A DNA stretch of 64,000 nt from Armatimonadota bacterium (GTDB lineage Bacteria > Armatimonadota > SYMT01). Numbering within the stretch: position 1 is the first letter of the stretch; each line of letters starts with the position of its first letter. Shown here piece by piece: positions 19,097 through 28,945 of this stretch. A model generated the notes under the pieces. It worked only from the letters and a program-made list of their open reading frames with translations. It was not told where the DNA came from and made no database searches. The stretch is taken from NCBI GenBank assembly GCA_041690135.1, contig JAWLHY010000003.1, positions 640,001-704,000 on the forward strand. Reading direction: 5' to 3'. Made by a program: the position numbers and the translations under genes.

Positions 19097-19706
19097 GGGT
19101 CAAAACGATTGGTTACAAGAAAACCAAGCGACCGTCACTGCGAGGAGGGATAGAACCAACCGACTTCACAGACCACCACCGCCGCCTTGCCGGAGCGCAG
19201 TCGTTCTGAAGCTGTACCCCGTTACCCGACGTGGCAGACCCCCTGGTCAGGGGAGTTGTCCTTACGCGGGTGTGGCAGCCTCCTGGTCAGCGAACCCGTC
19301 CCGTACCCAGCATCTTTATCCTTATCGTAGTCCTAATCCAATACGGCCCCTGGTCAGGGGAGTTGTCCTCACGCGATTGTGGCAACCTTCTGGCCGAACC
19401 GTAGCAGTGGTTACATGCGCATACGGCCGATGGCTGCGCCCTTTTCCAGAACGGTAAGCTCCCGTATTCAGTGGACACGTCCTTTTACCAGGGGGATTGC
19501 CACGACCGGCATTGCGGCGGCTCCCGTCCAACACAGTTCGATGATTGGGAGAAAAGATCCCGCACTCGATTCGGCACAGCCGGTCTCGCAATGACGCCTA
19601 CTAGCCTTTCGAGGTCCTTCCAGGTGGTTTCGTCTTACATGCAAACGAACGCTCGCAGCAGTGGCTCCGCACTGCCCACACCCCCACACCCCCATACTCC
19701 CACCGC

Positions 19707-19731
19707 GTTTCATTGCCCGCCTGCTGGGTAA
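19707..19731 (+). promoter_or_regulatory. putative SigB/SigF-type promoter
   Basis: GTTT-N15-GGGTAA about 95 bp upstream of ATG 19826. Confidence 0.55.
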
Positions 19732-19825
19732 AGCGGGTTGGGTTAGGAGATACGGTCGCCAGGTACCCGAGACGGTTGGCGACCGTATGAAACGTCAAAA
19801 CCAGAGGATGGTTGGGAGGAAGGAA

Positions 19826-20632
19826 ATGAAAAAGGTAGCAGCAGCGGGACTGATGTCTTTGGCCCTGGCGGGATCCGCCGCGGCGCAGGAGATCGGCGCG
19901 CGGCCGGTAGACCGCGGGACGCCGGTGGTGATCGTCGGCGCGATCAGCAGTCAGCCGCGGGACTTTGGCTTCTTCCACGAAAAGAAGATGCAGGTCGCGG
20001 TAGGCGAGGAGAAGACGGACCACACTCTCCACCTGGGGAACGCCAAGTTCTTCGATGCCAGCGGGCGTGAGTTGGCCAAGAGCGACCTGCTGGACAAGTG
20101 GTGGGTCCGCGCGGAAGGGACCGTGATGAAGGATCCCCGCCGGATCAACGTCACCCGCTTGGTGGTTATCGGCAAGGAGCCCACGGCTTACCGCCAGAGC
20201 AGCTACTTCCGGCCGGGCCACGCGCAGGGATATGTGGTGGTCGAGAACGTGGCCGGCGCGCGCGAGGTCCTGCCTTCTACTCGCGTCTTCAGCCCGGGCA
20301 CCCGCGTGGAAGTGCTGGCCCCGATTAGCAGCCAGCCGCGCGATGCCGGGGTGGGCGTAGAGGAGAAGATGCAGGTGGCGATCGGTCCGGATAAGACGGA
20401 CTACACCCTGCACTTCGACGACGCGCAGTTGACCGGGCTCAACGGCCAGGAAGCGTTCGCCAGCGGCCTGCGCGACCGGATGTGGGTTCGCGCCTGGGGC
20501 CGCGTGATGGAAGACTCCCGCCGGATCCAGGTGGACCGCCTGGAAGTGGTGGCCAACGACGATGAGTCCTACCGCGCCGGCCAGCAGTTCGGCACGGGCG
20601 GCGAGTTCGGTTACATCCGCGCCGCGCAGTAA
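19826..20632 (+). CDS. secreted protein with two internal repeat domains
   Basis: Signal peptide MKKVAAAGLMSLALAGSAAA; duplicated ISSQPRD...EKMQVA...D.TLH...WVRA.G.VM.D.RRI.V.RL.V. Confidence 0.8.
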   Translation: MKKVAAAGLMSLALAGSAAAQEIGARPVDRGTPVVIVGAISSQPRDFGFFHEKKMQVAVGEEKTDHTLHLGNAKFFDASGRELAKSDLLDKWWVRAEGTVMKDPRRINVTRLVVIGKEPTAYRQSSYFRPGHAQGYVVVENVAGAREVLPSTRVFSPGTRVEVLAPISSQPRDAGVGVEEKMQVAIGPDKTDYTLHFDDAQLTGLNGQEAFASGLRDRMWVRAWGRVMEDSRRIQVDRLEVVANDDESYRAGQQFGTGGEFGYIRAAQ

Positions 20633-20653
20633 CCGTCCCCGCTGGGGATGCTG

Positions 20654-20690
20654 GAAAGGGGAGCACCTCACCACGAGGCGCTCCCCTTTC
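20654..20690. terminator. probable bidirectional terminator
   Basis: GAAAGGGGAGC...GCTCCCCTTTC stem between convergent genes. Confidence 0.7.
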
Positions 20691-20740
20691 TTCGCTTCAC
20701 CCCCGGGCTAGCCGGTGGCGGGTCTCTGAAGTGGAAAGCG

Positions 20741-22048
20741 TCACTCCGCTTCTTCCGCCAGGCCTACGAGGGTCAGCGGCCCCTTGGGCAGCAACGGCGT
20801 ATCCTTCCACATCCGGATGAGTTCCCGGTAGGCCCGGCCCACCGGTCGCAAGTTACGGTCCAGGTCGTAGAGGCCTAGGGGGTTCACCCGGTTGTTTTCC
20901 TCCCGCAAGGCCGTGTCCCAATCCACCTGGTCCGTCAGGCTGTACCAGGTCATTCCCACCAGGGGAATGCCGTCCCGCCGGAGTTGCTGGATGTTCGTCC
21001 AGGTCTTCCACAGCCAGTGTTCCGCTTCCCCCTCGTAAGCATTTGTCTCCGTATGCATCACCGGCAGGTTATAGCGATGGTAATAGTGGCTGGCGAGCAC
21101 ATAATAGCCGAACACCTCGCCGCCGAACTCGCGGTTGTGCTCGTCCGTCAGCAGGTGCTCGTTGGCGGGATAGTAGTCGTGCCCCATCACGCAGTGCTCG
21201 CGCAGGTCGAGCGTCGCAAGGAACTCCAGCTCCTCTTCCGCCATACCGTGCTCGCGCAGGTAGAGGTACATTCCCGCGTTCACGGTATGACCCAGTGTGA
21301 GATCGAGCGAAAGAAAGCGCCGGTCGTTGTACATCTCCGCCAGTTCGGCGAGTTCCGGGCGGTTGGCGTGGGTGTGCTCCGAGGACTCGCACAGCACGAA
21401 CAACGCGTCCGGACGCTCGTCGATGATTGACAGCATGGCTTCCACGTTGGCGCGCACCAGGTGCTTGAGGGCGGTGACAAACGCCTGGTGGCTGGTGAGC
21501 CGCTCGTTCCACCACCCGTAGAAGGCGCTGAACTCCGCCGCGATGTACATCTCATTCACCGGCGTGTAATACCGGACCCAGGGATACCTGCGCGCGAAAG
21601 CCCGGGCGTACTCGCTGAACAGTGCGGGCCAATCCGGGTTCTGAAAACTGCCGATCCAGTCCGGCACCCCGAAGTGGCATAGGTCGACGATCGGGATCAG
21701 GCCCAAACGGCGCAGTTCCGGAAACACCTGGTCCGTCCACTCCCAGTCGTAGCGACCAGGGCCAAGGTGCATTCGGTAGTAGGGTGGTCCATACCGCAAG
21801 TAGCGAATTCCCAGGTCCCGCGTGAGCTCCAGGTCCTCCCGCCAGTACCGGTAATGACCGCACTTCTCCAACTGGTCGATGCGGCGGACGCCCCGTGGTG
21901 TTTCGATGATGGGATAGCTGCACTCGATGCCGGTGGCGAATAGGAAGCGCTGTGTGCTGGGGTTGGAGCGGCACCGGTCGTGGTAGTACTTCATCCACGC
22001 GTTCCGGGTAGATGGGTTCCTCCGGTCCTCGGTGTTGCGATCGCTCAT
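20741..22048 (-). CDS. glycoside hydrolase family 1-like protein
   Basis: FLFATGIECS, DLCHFG, TPVNEM (acid/base), MHTETN (nucleophile), WYSLTDQVDW. Confidence 0.88.
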   Translation of the reverse strand: MSDRNTEDRRNPSTRNAWMKYYHDRCRSNPSTQRFLFATGIECSYPIIETPRGVRRIDQLEKCGHYRYWREDLELTRDLGIRYLRYGPPYYRMHLGPGRYDWEWTDQVFPELRRLGLIPIVDLCHFGVPDWIGSFQNPDWPALFSEYARAFARRYPWVRYYTPVNEMYIAAEFSAFYGWWNERLTSHQAFVTALKHLVRANVEAMLSIIDERPDALFVLCESSEHTHANRPELAELAEMYNDRRFLSLDLTLGHTVNAGMYLYLREHGMAEEELEFLATLDLREHCVMGHDYYPANEHLLTDEHNREFGGEVFGYYVLASHYYHRYNLPVMHTETNAYEGEAEHWLWKTWTNIQQLRRDGIPLVGMTWYSLTDQVDWDTALREENNRVNPLGLYDLDRNLRPVGRAYRELIRMWKDTPLLPKGPLTLVGLAEEAE

Positions 22049-22363
22049 TTCGGCTGTTTCGTTCCCAATTTACCCCTCGGGCAAACACCCGGCACTGGAG
22101 CAGCAGCAGAGTAGATGTAGCTTACCTTTCCATCTCGCGTTTTAACGGGTGGTTGCACGGGAAGCACTGCAGTGGTCTGTTGTGCGGCGGAGAACGCCCT
22201 AGCCTCTCCGGTCGCGCAGTCGTGCATTCCCTCGAGACGGCAGCCCGAGCCGACCAGGTGGGCTGGGAGGCCGTGGGCGTGCCTACGAGAACTGGAACGA
22301 CAACCCTGCGCTCACGCCGTCCGATCTCCATGCGCACTGGCGGGAGCGCCGCGGACGAAGAGA

Positions 22364-23074
22364 ATGCTGAAGTTGAAACCACTCCTCGGGCTGGCCCTTC
22401 TGGGCCTGCTTTGCCCGGCTCTGACGGCTCCCGCCCATGCGGGGGACCCGGAACCGGTGCCCACGGCGAACCGAACGCGGTTTCCCAACTTCCTGGGGGC
22501 GACCGGCCTCCTCTACACGCCCAGTGCCTACACCTTCGGCAATGGGGAGACGGCGGGCCATTTCCATGCTAATGCCGATTTCTATGGCGGGGGGGCGCTG
22601 GCGGGGGTGACTGAACGGCTAGAACTGGGCCTCACGGTCATCGATGCGGATGATGAGCCGCGACGCAGCTTCTTCGACAGCGGAGGCACGGAGTTCATTG
22701 CCAACGGCAAACTCCAGCTCGTCCGGGAAACGGATGTCCTGCCGGCGTTCTCCATCGGGGTGATCGACGCCTTCAACGAGTTGAAACAAGACTCGAGTTG
22801 GTACTTCGTTGCCAGCAAGTATTTCACCCGCGGGGATACGGACGCGGACTTCGCTCTAGTAGGACACCTCGGTTACGGCGACGGCATCTTCGACGACAAT
22901 GTGTTCGCCGGGGTCGAGATGCTCTTCAACCAGAACATGGGGGCCATGGTCGAGTACCAGGACGACAAGTTCAACTTCGGCGTCCGGGGACGGTGGCGCG
23001 GTTTCGCCGCGACCGTCGGCCTGTTCGACACGAAGCACTTTGGGGGTGGTGTGAGCTACACCCTGCGCTTCTGA
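22364..23074 (+). CDS. outer-membrane beta-barrel-like protein (YjbH-like)
   Basis: Signal peptide, GATGLLYTPSA, alternating beta-strands, C-terminal YTLRF BAM-type signature. Confidence 0.7.
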   Translation: MLKLKPLLGLALLGLLCPALTAPAHAGDPEPVPTANRTRFPNFLGATGLLYTPSAYTFGNGETAGHFHANADFYGGGALAGVTERLELGLTVIDADDEPRRSFFDSGGTEFIANGKLQLVRETDVLPAFSIGVIDAFNELKQDSSWYFVASKYFTRGDTDADFALVGHLGYGDGIFDDNVFAGVEMLFNQNMGAMVEYQDDKFNFGVRGRWRGFAATVGLFDTKHFGGGVSYTLRF

Positions 23075-23108
23075 CGGGCGCCCGCGCGAAGATTTTCTCT
23101 CCTGTTTC

Positions 23109-23150
23109 GAAACGGCGCCGAGGTACCGATCGGTACCCCGGCGCCGTTTC
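23109..23150. terminator. bidirectional terminator hairpin
   Basis: GAAACGGCGCCG...CGGCGCCGTTTC between convergent genes. Confidence 0.7.
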
Positions 23151-23177
23151 GTCTTGAGCGTTTCGCCCCCGCGAGCG

Positions 23178-23735
23178 TCAGCGTCGCCAGTAAACGCGCA
23201 CCAGGTGGTTATCGGCCGACCACCGGTATTCGACTTCCCCGTTGTGCGCCTTGTCGATGCGCCGTCCGATCCGCTGCGCCAGTTTCTCGTTCGTGGTTTC
23301 CACCACCAGCTGCCCATCCTCTTCGCGGATATCCATGATCCGCTCCAGGGCGTTCACCCCCAGGGCCCGCTGCTCTTCGTTGCGGATGAGGTTCAAGATC
23401 TCTTCCCGGTGCTCCTTCCAGTAGTCTCCCGAGAGAGTGACGATCCCCTGCGGATTGCGCTCGTCCACCTTCACACAGCCCGGACAGAGAATGGCCTTGG
23501 CGACCCCGGAGTTCTCGAGCAGCGATCGTTTGCGCTCGTCGAAGTACCAGTGGGCGTTCTCGAAAATGGCACCGCACCGCGCGCAGAGGGTTCCCGCTTC
23601 CCGGCTTTCATCGGGAATATAGGGGTCATCGAAATCATCGATGGTATCGCGAGGCAGGATCACATGCGGGTTGCCCACCCGGGGGCTGGCGATCGGATGC
23701 GTCGCCATGGGGTTCTTTGATGTGGATTTTCCCAT
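23178..23735 (-). CDS. BCAM0308 family protein (Zn-finger, NMD3-like)
   Basis: DPY...CARCGAIF...W...CPGC...P.GIVTLSG...EILNLIRNEE...TTNEKLAQRIG...RVYWRR. Confidence 0.8.
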   Translation of the reverse strand: MGKSTSKNPMATHPIASPRVGNPHVILPRDTIDDFDDPYIPDESREAGTLCARCGAIFENAHWYFDERKRSLLENSGVAKAILCPGCVKVDERNPQGIVTLSGDYWKEHREEILNLIRNEEQRALGVNALERIMDIREEDGQLVVETTNEKLAQRIGRRIDKAHNGEVEYRWSADNHLVRVYWRR

Positions 23736-24202
23736 AATCCTCTCCCTTTCTTAAGGACCTTATCCCCGTGGTTCATGCGCTGCAAACGGGAGCGGCTCCA
23801 TCCCGGGACTGGCCGCAAGATGGGCAACATCGGAGCTTGCGCTATCCAAGGTCCCCCGCCTGTGCGTGAACTTCGATATTCTGGCAGCGCTAAAGAACTG
23901 TGGAACGGGGTCGTGCTCGACTATGCGACCGACCCCGTTCCACATCCGGACGAGCGGGCTACATCCGCGCCGCGAACTAACGGCCTCACTCCAATAGCCG
24001 CAAAATGGGAAGCGTCTCACCCGAGACGCTTCCCATTCTTGCTTAGCTCCCAGCACAACCTACCGCCTACTACTCACCTCCTTCATCCTTCATGCCCCCC
24101 CACTGCCCACCGCCCACTGTCCCCCCCTGGTCCCTTCCGTTCGCGTTTGGAAAAGGCTCTCCCGTGGCAGTAGGGGAGCGCACTACCCGTACCTGGCCGG
24201 AG

Positions 24203-25861
24203 ATGAAACCGATGCGGCATCACCTCACCCCCCTGGAAGGCGACTGGCAAGGCACGAGGTCGAACAACGCTTCTCCTCATGCTTCGGGGCGGGCGGGGCC
24301 GGTGGTCGTCTTCGGGATGGACGCGTGCGACATCGACCTGCTCCTTCGCTGGGTAGAAGAAGGGCACCTGCCCTTCCTCCGGTCCCGTCTGGAGTCGGGC
24401 GCCTTCTGCCGGCTGGACTCCACCCGCAACCTCTTCAGCGACGCTCCCTGGCCAAGCCTGAACACCGGCTGCTCGCCGGGCCGGCACGCCTTTTACAACC
24501 ACCTGCAGATCCGGCGGGGCAGCACGGAGATTGACCGGGTGGATGCCCACCACTGCCAGCAATTGCCGTTCTGGACCTCCCTGAAGGGCTCCGGGAAGAA
24601 GGTCGCGCTGGTGGATGTGCCCAAGACCTTCCCCGTGGAGGGGCTCGAGGGAATCCAGGTCTGCGCCTGGGGAGAGCATTACCCACTACTCCACCAGCCA
24701 GCATCCCACCCGCCGGTGTTGGCGGAGGAGCTCGCGCGCCGCTTCGGCCGCTATCCGCACCCACGCGAGGTGACCCTGCCGCGCTCGCGCGCGCAGGAAC
24801 GGGGCATCCTCCGGACGCTGCGGGAGAATCTGCGGCGCAAGGAGCGGGCGGTTGCGCACCTGCTGGAACGAGACCGCTGGGACCTCTTCTTCGCAGTCTT
24901 CTCCGAGATCCACTACGCCGGGCACCAGTTCTACCACTATCAGGAGCCGGCGCACTGGGCTCATGAGCCGAACGCCCCGGACGACCTGCGCCGCGCTCTG
25001 CTGGATCTGCACCGGGAGCAGGATGCCGCGCTGGCCCGTCTCTGCAAGCAACTGCCGGAAGAGGCACGCTGCTTCCTGGTCTCCGTCCACGGCTTCGCCA
25101 CGAACCATTCGGGAAACCACCTGATGCTGGAGGTGCTGGAGCGCCTCGGCTACTACGTCCGCCGACCTCCGGAACCGTCGCCCGGCGGGGTGGGCCGGCT
25201 ACTCCACGCCACGCGGGGATTGCGCGGCTTGATCCCGAGGGGGCTGCGTGACGCGATCAACACCCACCTGGTCCCGGAAAGCGTCCACGACCGCGCCTAT
25301 TCCGCGGAGTTCAGCGGCGGCACGGATTGGTCCCGCACCCGCGCATTCTTCCTGCCCAGCGACCACTTCCAGGCGCTGATCAGCGTGAACCTGCGAGGCC
25401 GCGAACCGCAGGGAACGGTGGAGCCGGGCACGGAGTACGACGCAGTGTGCCGCACACTCCAGGAAGATCTGCTCCAGCTCATCAATGCGGACACCGGGCG
25501 GCCCGCCGTCACCGGCGTGGTGAAAATCGCCGACGTCTACGCCGGCCCCAACCGTCATGAACTGCCCGACCTGGTGGTCCAGTGGGCGGAGGCCGGGAGG
25601 ATCGAGAGGGTGCGCCACCCGCGGTTCGAGACGATCGAGCGTCCGTACCCGGAACTGCGGCGCACCCAGCACGCCCCGGACGGTTTCATGATCGGCTGGG
25701 GTCCGGGCATCCGCTCCGGAGCGCGGCCGGAGCGCGCCAGCACGCTCGACTTCGCCCCCACCATATTAACCCTGCTCGGCCAGCCACTGCCCACCCACCT
25801 CGAGGGCCGGGTTCTCGAAGAGTTGATGACGCCAAAGCGGCAACTGGCAGCGGCGGCATGA
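24203..25861 (+). CDS. alkaline-phosphatase superfamily / nucleotide pyrophosphatase-phosphodiesterase (start uncertain)
   Basis: VVFGMDACD, PWPSLNTG.SPG.H, SVHGF, VNLRGREPQG, H..DG, DFAPTIL. Confidence 0.85.
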   Translation: MKPMRHHLTPLEGDWQGTRSNNASPHASGRAGPVVVFGMDACDIDLLLRWVEEGHLPFLRSRLESGAFCRLDSTRNLFSDAPWPSLNTGCSPGRHAFYNHLQIRRGSTEIDRVDAHHCQQLPFWTSLKGSGKKVALVDVPKTFPVEGLEGIQVCAWGEHYPLLHQPASHPPVLAEELARRFGRYPHPREVTLPRSRAQERGILRTLRENLRRKERAVAHLLERDRWDLFFAVFSEIHYAGHQFYHYQEPAHWAHEPNAPDDLRRALLDLHREQDAALARLCKQLPEEARCFLVSVHGFATNHSGNHLMLEVLERLGYYVRRPPEPSPGGVGRLLHATRGLRGLIPRGLRDAINTHLVPESVHDRAYSAEFSGGTDWSRTRAFFLPSDHFQALISVNLRGREPQGTVEPGTEYDAVCRTLQEDLLQLINADTGRPAVTGVVKIADVYAGPNRHELPDLVVQWAEAGRIERVRHPRFETIERPYPELRRTQHAPDGFMIGWGPGIRSGARPERASTLDFAPTILTLLGQPLPTHLEGRVLEELMTPKRQLAAAA

Positions 25862-26838
25862 AACAGGTACTCGTAACGGGAGCAACCGGCTTCGTGGGCA
25901 GTCACCTGGCGGAGCGGTTGGCGGCGGAAGGAGATCGGGTGAGGGTGCTGGTACGGTCGGAGCCAGCGCCGAGCCTGCTGGAACAGCAGGGGGTGCAACC
26001 TATTTCCGGCGACCTCCGCGATTCGGAATCGCTGCGCCGGGCGGTGGCGGGCTGCGAGGTCGTGTATCACGTCGCGGCGCTCACCACCCGACAGCATCCG
26101 TCCTCTCGCGATGCCGAGGCGGTGAACGTGGACGGCACGCGCCACCTGCTGGAGGCGTGCCGGTCGGCCGGAGTTGGCCGGGTGGTGCACGTCAGCACGG
26201 CTGGCGTCTACGGCACGTTGAAGGCGGTGGAAGTGGACGAGGAGACGCCGCCCGCGCCCAACACCGTCTACCGGGCTACCAAGCTGCGGGCGGAACAGGC
26301 CTGTCGCGAGCAGGAGCGCCGGGGAGGTACTCCGGTGACGATTGCCCGCCTCGGCAGCGTCTACGGCCCTCGGTCACGGAACTGGCTCGGTCTCGTTGGG
26401 GCGTTATGCGGACCGAGCTTCCGAATGGTGGGCGAGGGTGAGAACCACCTGGATCTCGTCCATGTGTCGGATGTGGCCGAAGGATTGGTCCGCTGTGGTC
26501 GAACCCCCGGAGCAGGGGGCCGTACCTACTTGATCGCCTCGGGCGAGCGGGTGCGCCTGCGGGACTTCCTCTCCCTACTGAATCGGGAGATGGGCGGAGC
26601 GTGCCGCCTGGGACAGGTTCCGGAGCTGCCGTTCCGCGCCTACCACCGGCTCTGCAACACCGTCTTCCGGGCCACCGGCGTCGAGCTCCCGCTGGCGCAC
26701 CGGTATGAGATCTTCCTGGCCAACCGCCGGCTTTCCATCGCCCGTGCCCGTGAAGAACTGGGCTATCAGCCGCGTGTCTCCCTGGAAGAGGGCCTCCCCT
26801 CACTCATCGCCTGGTACCGGGCGCAGGGATGGGTATGA
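25858..26838 (+). CDS. NAD-dependent epimerase/dehydratase
   Basis: VLVTGATGFVG, YRATK (YxxxK); ATGA overlap with the upstream gene. Confidence 0.92.
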   Translation: MKQVLVTGATGFVGSHLAERLAAEGDRVRVLVRSEPAPSLLEQQGVQPISGDLRDSESLRRAVAGCEVVYHVAALTTRQHPSSRDAEAVNVDGTRHLLEACRSAGVGRVVHVSTAGVYGTLKAVEVDEETPPAPNTVYRATKLRAEQACREQERRGGTPVTIARLGSVYGPRSRNWLGLVGALCGPSFRMVGEGENHLDLVHVSDVAEGLVRCGRTPGAGGRTYLIASGERVRLRDFLSLLNREMGGACRLGQVPELPFRAYHRLCNTVFRATGVELPLAHRYEIFLANRRLSIARAREELGYQPRVSLEEGLPSLIAWYRAQGWV

Positions 26839-27176
26839 GGCGTGTTGCGTAATCCGCCGTGCTTGCCCTGGCCTGGGCCAGATGAGCGCCCGCAAACCCG
26901 CCCTGGAACTGGGGATGTTCCACCCTGTCTCACCCCGTTCGGAAAAGCCGGCCGCCTGCCGTCCTGTTCTTATCCGTATCCGAACCGGACCATCGCTCCC
27001 CGCCTTTTCAGCCGGCGCCTTAGTCGTCTTCTTGCAGTGCGGCCGCAGCACTAAGGAACCGTTAAGGAATAACGGCTACATCGTTTCCAGCCCGTACGGG
27101 CTTCGCCGTGTGTAGCCGGGGCACCCACTTGTGGGTCGTCACTCGCCCAACTGTAGCGGCTATTGTTTAGCACTCC

Positions 27177-27947
27177 CTAACCTCGGTATCCGCGGAGGTA
27201 ATCGCGAGTCTCGGGCTCCCTGGGAGCGTCGAAGACGTGCGAGGCGGGCCCATGTTCGACCAGGCATCCGGCCCCGTCCCGCAGCCAGAAGAGCGCCGCC
27301 GCGTCCGCCAGGCGGCGGGCCTGGGCCAGGTTATGGGTGACCACCACCAGCGTATAGCGGCCGCGGAGGCGGAGGATCAGCTCCTCGATGACGCCGGTGG
27401 AGAGAGGATCGAGGGCGCTGCATGGCTCGTCCAGCAGGAGAACTTCCGGCTGAAGCGAGAGGGCCCGCGCGAAGCAGAGCCGCTGCTGCTGCCCTCCGGA
27501 GAGGGCGAGCGCCGGGGCGTCGAGGCGGTCGCGGACCTCCTCCCAGAGGCCGACATCGCGCAGGCAAGCTTCGATCCGGAGGGGGCGCTCCTCCCTCGCG
27601 CAGCCGTGCTCCCGCAGGGGCAGGTCCAGGTTGGCGCGGATCGAGATCGGAAAAGGGTTGGGGCGCTGGAAGATCATTCCCACCCGGCGGCGATGGGCGA
27701 GGAGATCGAGGCGCGGGTCAAGGAGGTCCGTCTCGTCCAGGCGCAGGCTCCCCTCCACCCGGCAGCCGGGGATCAGGTCGGTGAGACGGTTGAGGCAGTT
27801 GAGAAAGCTGGTTTTGCCGCAGCCGGAAGGGCCGACCAGCGCGGTGATGCGTCCTGCCGCGACCCCGAAGGTCACGTCCCGGAGGGCGAGCCGCCCCCCG
27901 TAGGAGATGCGGAGGCCTTCCGCCTGAATGAGGGGTGAAGGATTCAT
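27177..27947 (-). CDS. pstB: phosphate ABC transporter ATP-binding protein
   Basis: GPSGCGKT, FQRPNPFP, LSGGQQQRLC, LLLDEPCSALDP. Confidence 0.95.
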   Translation of the reverse strand: MNPSPLIQAEGLRISYGGRLALRDVTFGVAAGRITALVGPSGCGKTSFLNCLNRLTDLIPGCRVEGSLRLDETDLLDPRLDLLAHRRRVGMIFQRPNPFPISIRANLDLPLREHGCAREERPLRIEACLRDVGLWEEVRDRLDAPALALSGGQQQRLCFARALSLQPEVLLLDEPCSALDPLSTGVIEELILRLRGRYTLVVVTHNLAQARRLADAAALFWLRDGAGCLVEHGPASHVFDAPREPETRDYLRGYRG

Positions 27948-28945
27948 ACCCGGTATGTCTTCCGCCTCCAGTGAGTTGTAAGCCAGGCCGTGCCGCCGTT
28001 CAGGGCCAGCAGGAGGCCGATCAGGACGAGGGCGGAGGCGCAGGCGCCGCCGTCGCCGCCGGAGACGTTCATGGAGAGGTCGTAGATGTGGACCGAGAGC
28101 GCGCGCCCGGAGTCGTGGAGCGACTCCGGCATGCGGTCCACGTAGCCGCTGGTGAAGACCAGGGCGGCCGTTTCCGCCAGGGCGCGCCCGATCCCCAGCA
28201 CCAGGCCCGCCGCGAGGGCCGGCAACGCGGCAGGGAGCAGGATCCGGAAGAGGGTCGTGGTCGGCGAGAGCGACAGCGCGGCCGCGGCCTGGCGATATTC
28301 GGTGGGGACGGCTCGCAGCCCTTCCTCCGCAAGGCGGATGAAGAGCGGCAGCACCATGCACGCCAGGGTGAGGCCACCCGCCAGGATGGAGAACCGCAGC
28401 CCCAGCAGCTTGCAGAAGAGGGCGTTGCCGAACAGGCCGAAGACGATGGAAGGCATGCCGGCGAGCACATCCAGGCTGCGGCGGACCCAGCGCCCGGACC
28501 GGGTACCGGCATGGGAGAACTCCGCCAGGAAGACGGCGGCCGGCGCTCCCACCGCCACGGAGCTGACCATCGCCACCCCCAGAATGAGTAGCGTGGAGAC
28601 AAGGATCGGGCCGATGCCGCCGGACCGCCCCGCATCGGCGGGGGGCGTGGTCAGGAAGGCCAGAGAAAGGCGCGCCGCGCCCTGAAAGGCGACCGCGGCC
28701 AGCAGCCAGGCGAAAACACCCGCCACGAGCCCCGCGGCACCCCAGACGACTACCGCGGCCAGCCGGTCCGCCCGGAACGCGCGGTTAAGCAGAACTGCAG
28801 AGGGCTCGCCCCCGTCCCTGAGCTGGCGAGCTTGCCCGTATGGAACCGCGGCCGGCCGCCGGAGAGTTGGTCCGCTTCTTCCGCGTCCTTCCGCGTGTTC
28901 CGCGGGCATAATTCGCTTTCTCATTCCGTGGTCTTTTCTAGACAT
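27944..28945 (-). CDS. pstA: phosphate ABC transporter permease PstA (start uncertain; N-terminal extension contains a short repeat)
   Basis: GGIGP.LVST, LAGMPSIVFGLFG, IGRALAETAAL. Confidence 0.92.
   Translation of the reverse strand: MSRKDHGMRKRIMPAEHAEGRGRSGPTLRRPAAVPYGQARQLRDGGEPSAVLLNRAFRADRLAAVVVWGAAGLVAGVFAWLLAAVAFQGAARLSLAFLTTPPADAGRSGGIGPILVSTLLILGVAMVSSVAVGAPAAVFLAEFSHAGTRSGRWVRRSLDVLAGMPSIVFGLFGNALFCKLLGLRFSILAGGLTLACMVLPLFIRLAEEGLRAVPTEYRQAAAALSLSPTTTLFRILLPAALPALAAGLVLGIGRALAETAALVFTSGYVDRMPESLHDSGRALSVHIYDLSMNVSGGDGGACASALVLIGLLLALNGGTAWLTTHWRRKTYRV

Noticed and set aside
23775-24173. Possible small gene or fragment (VRELRYSGSAKELWNGVVLDY)
   Set aside because: No recognisable family, and it runs into low-complexity repeats; cannot be supported
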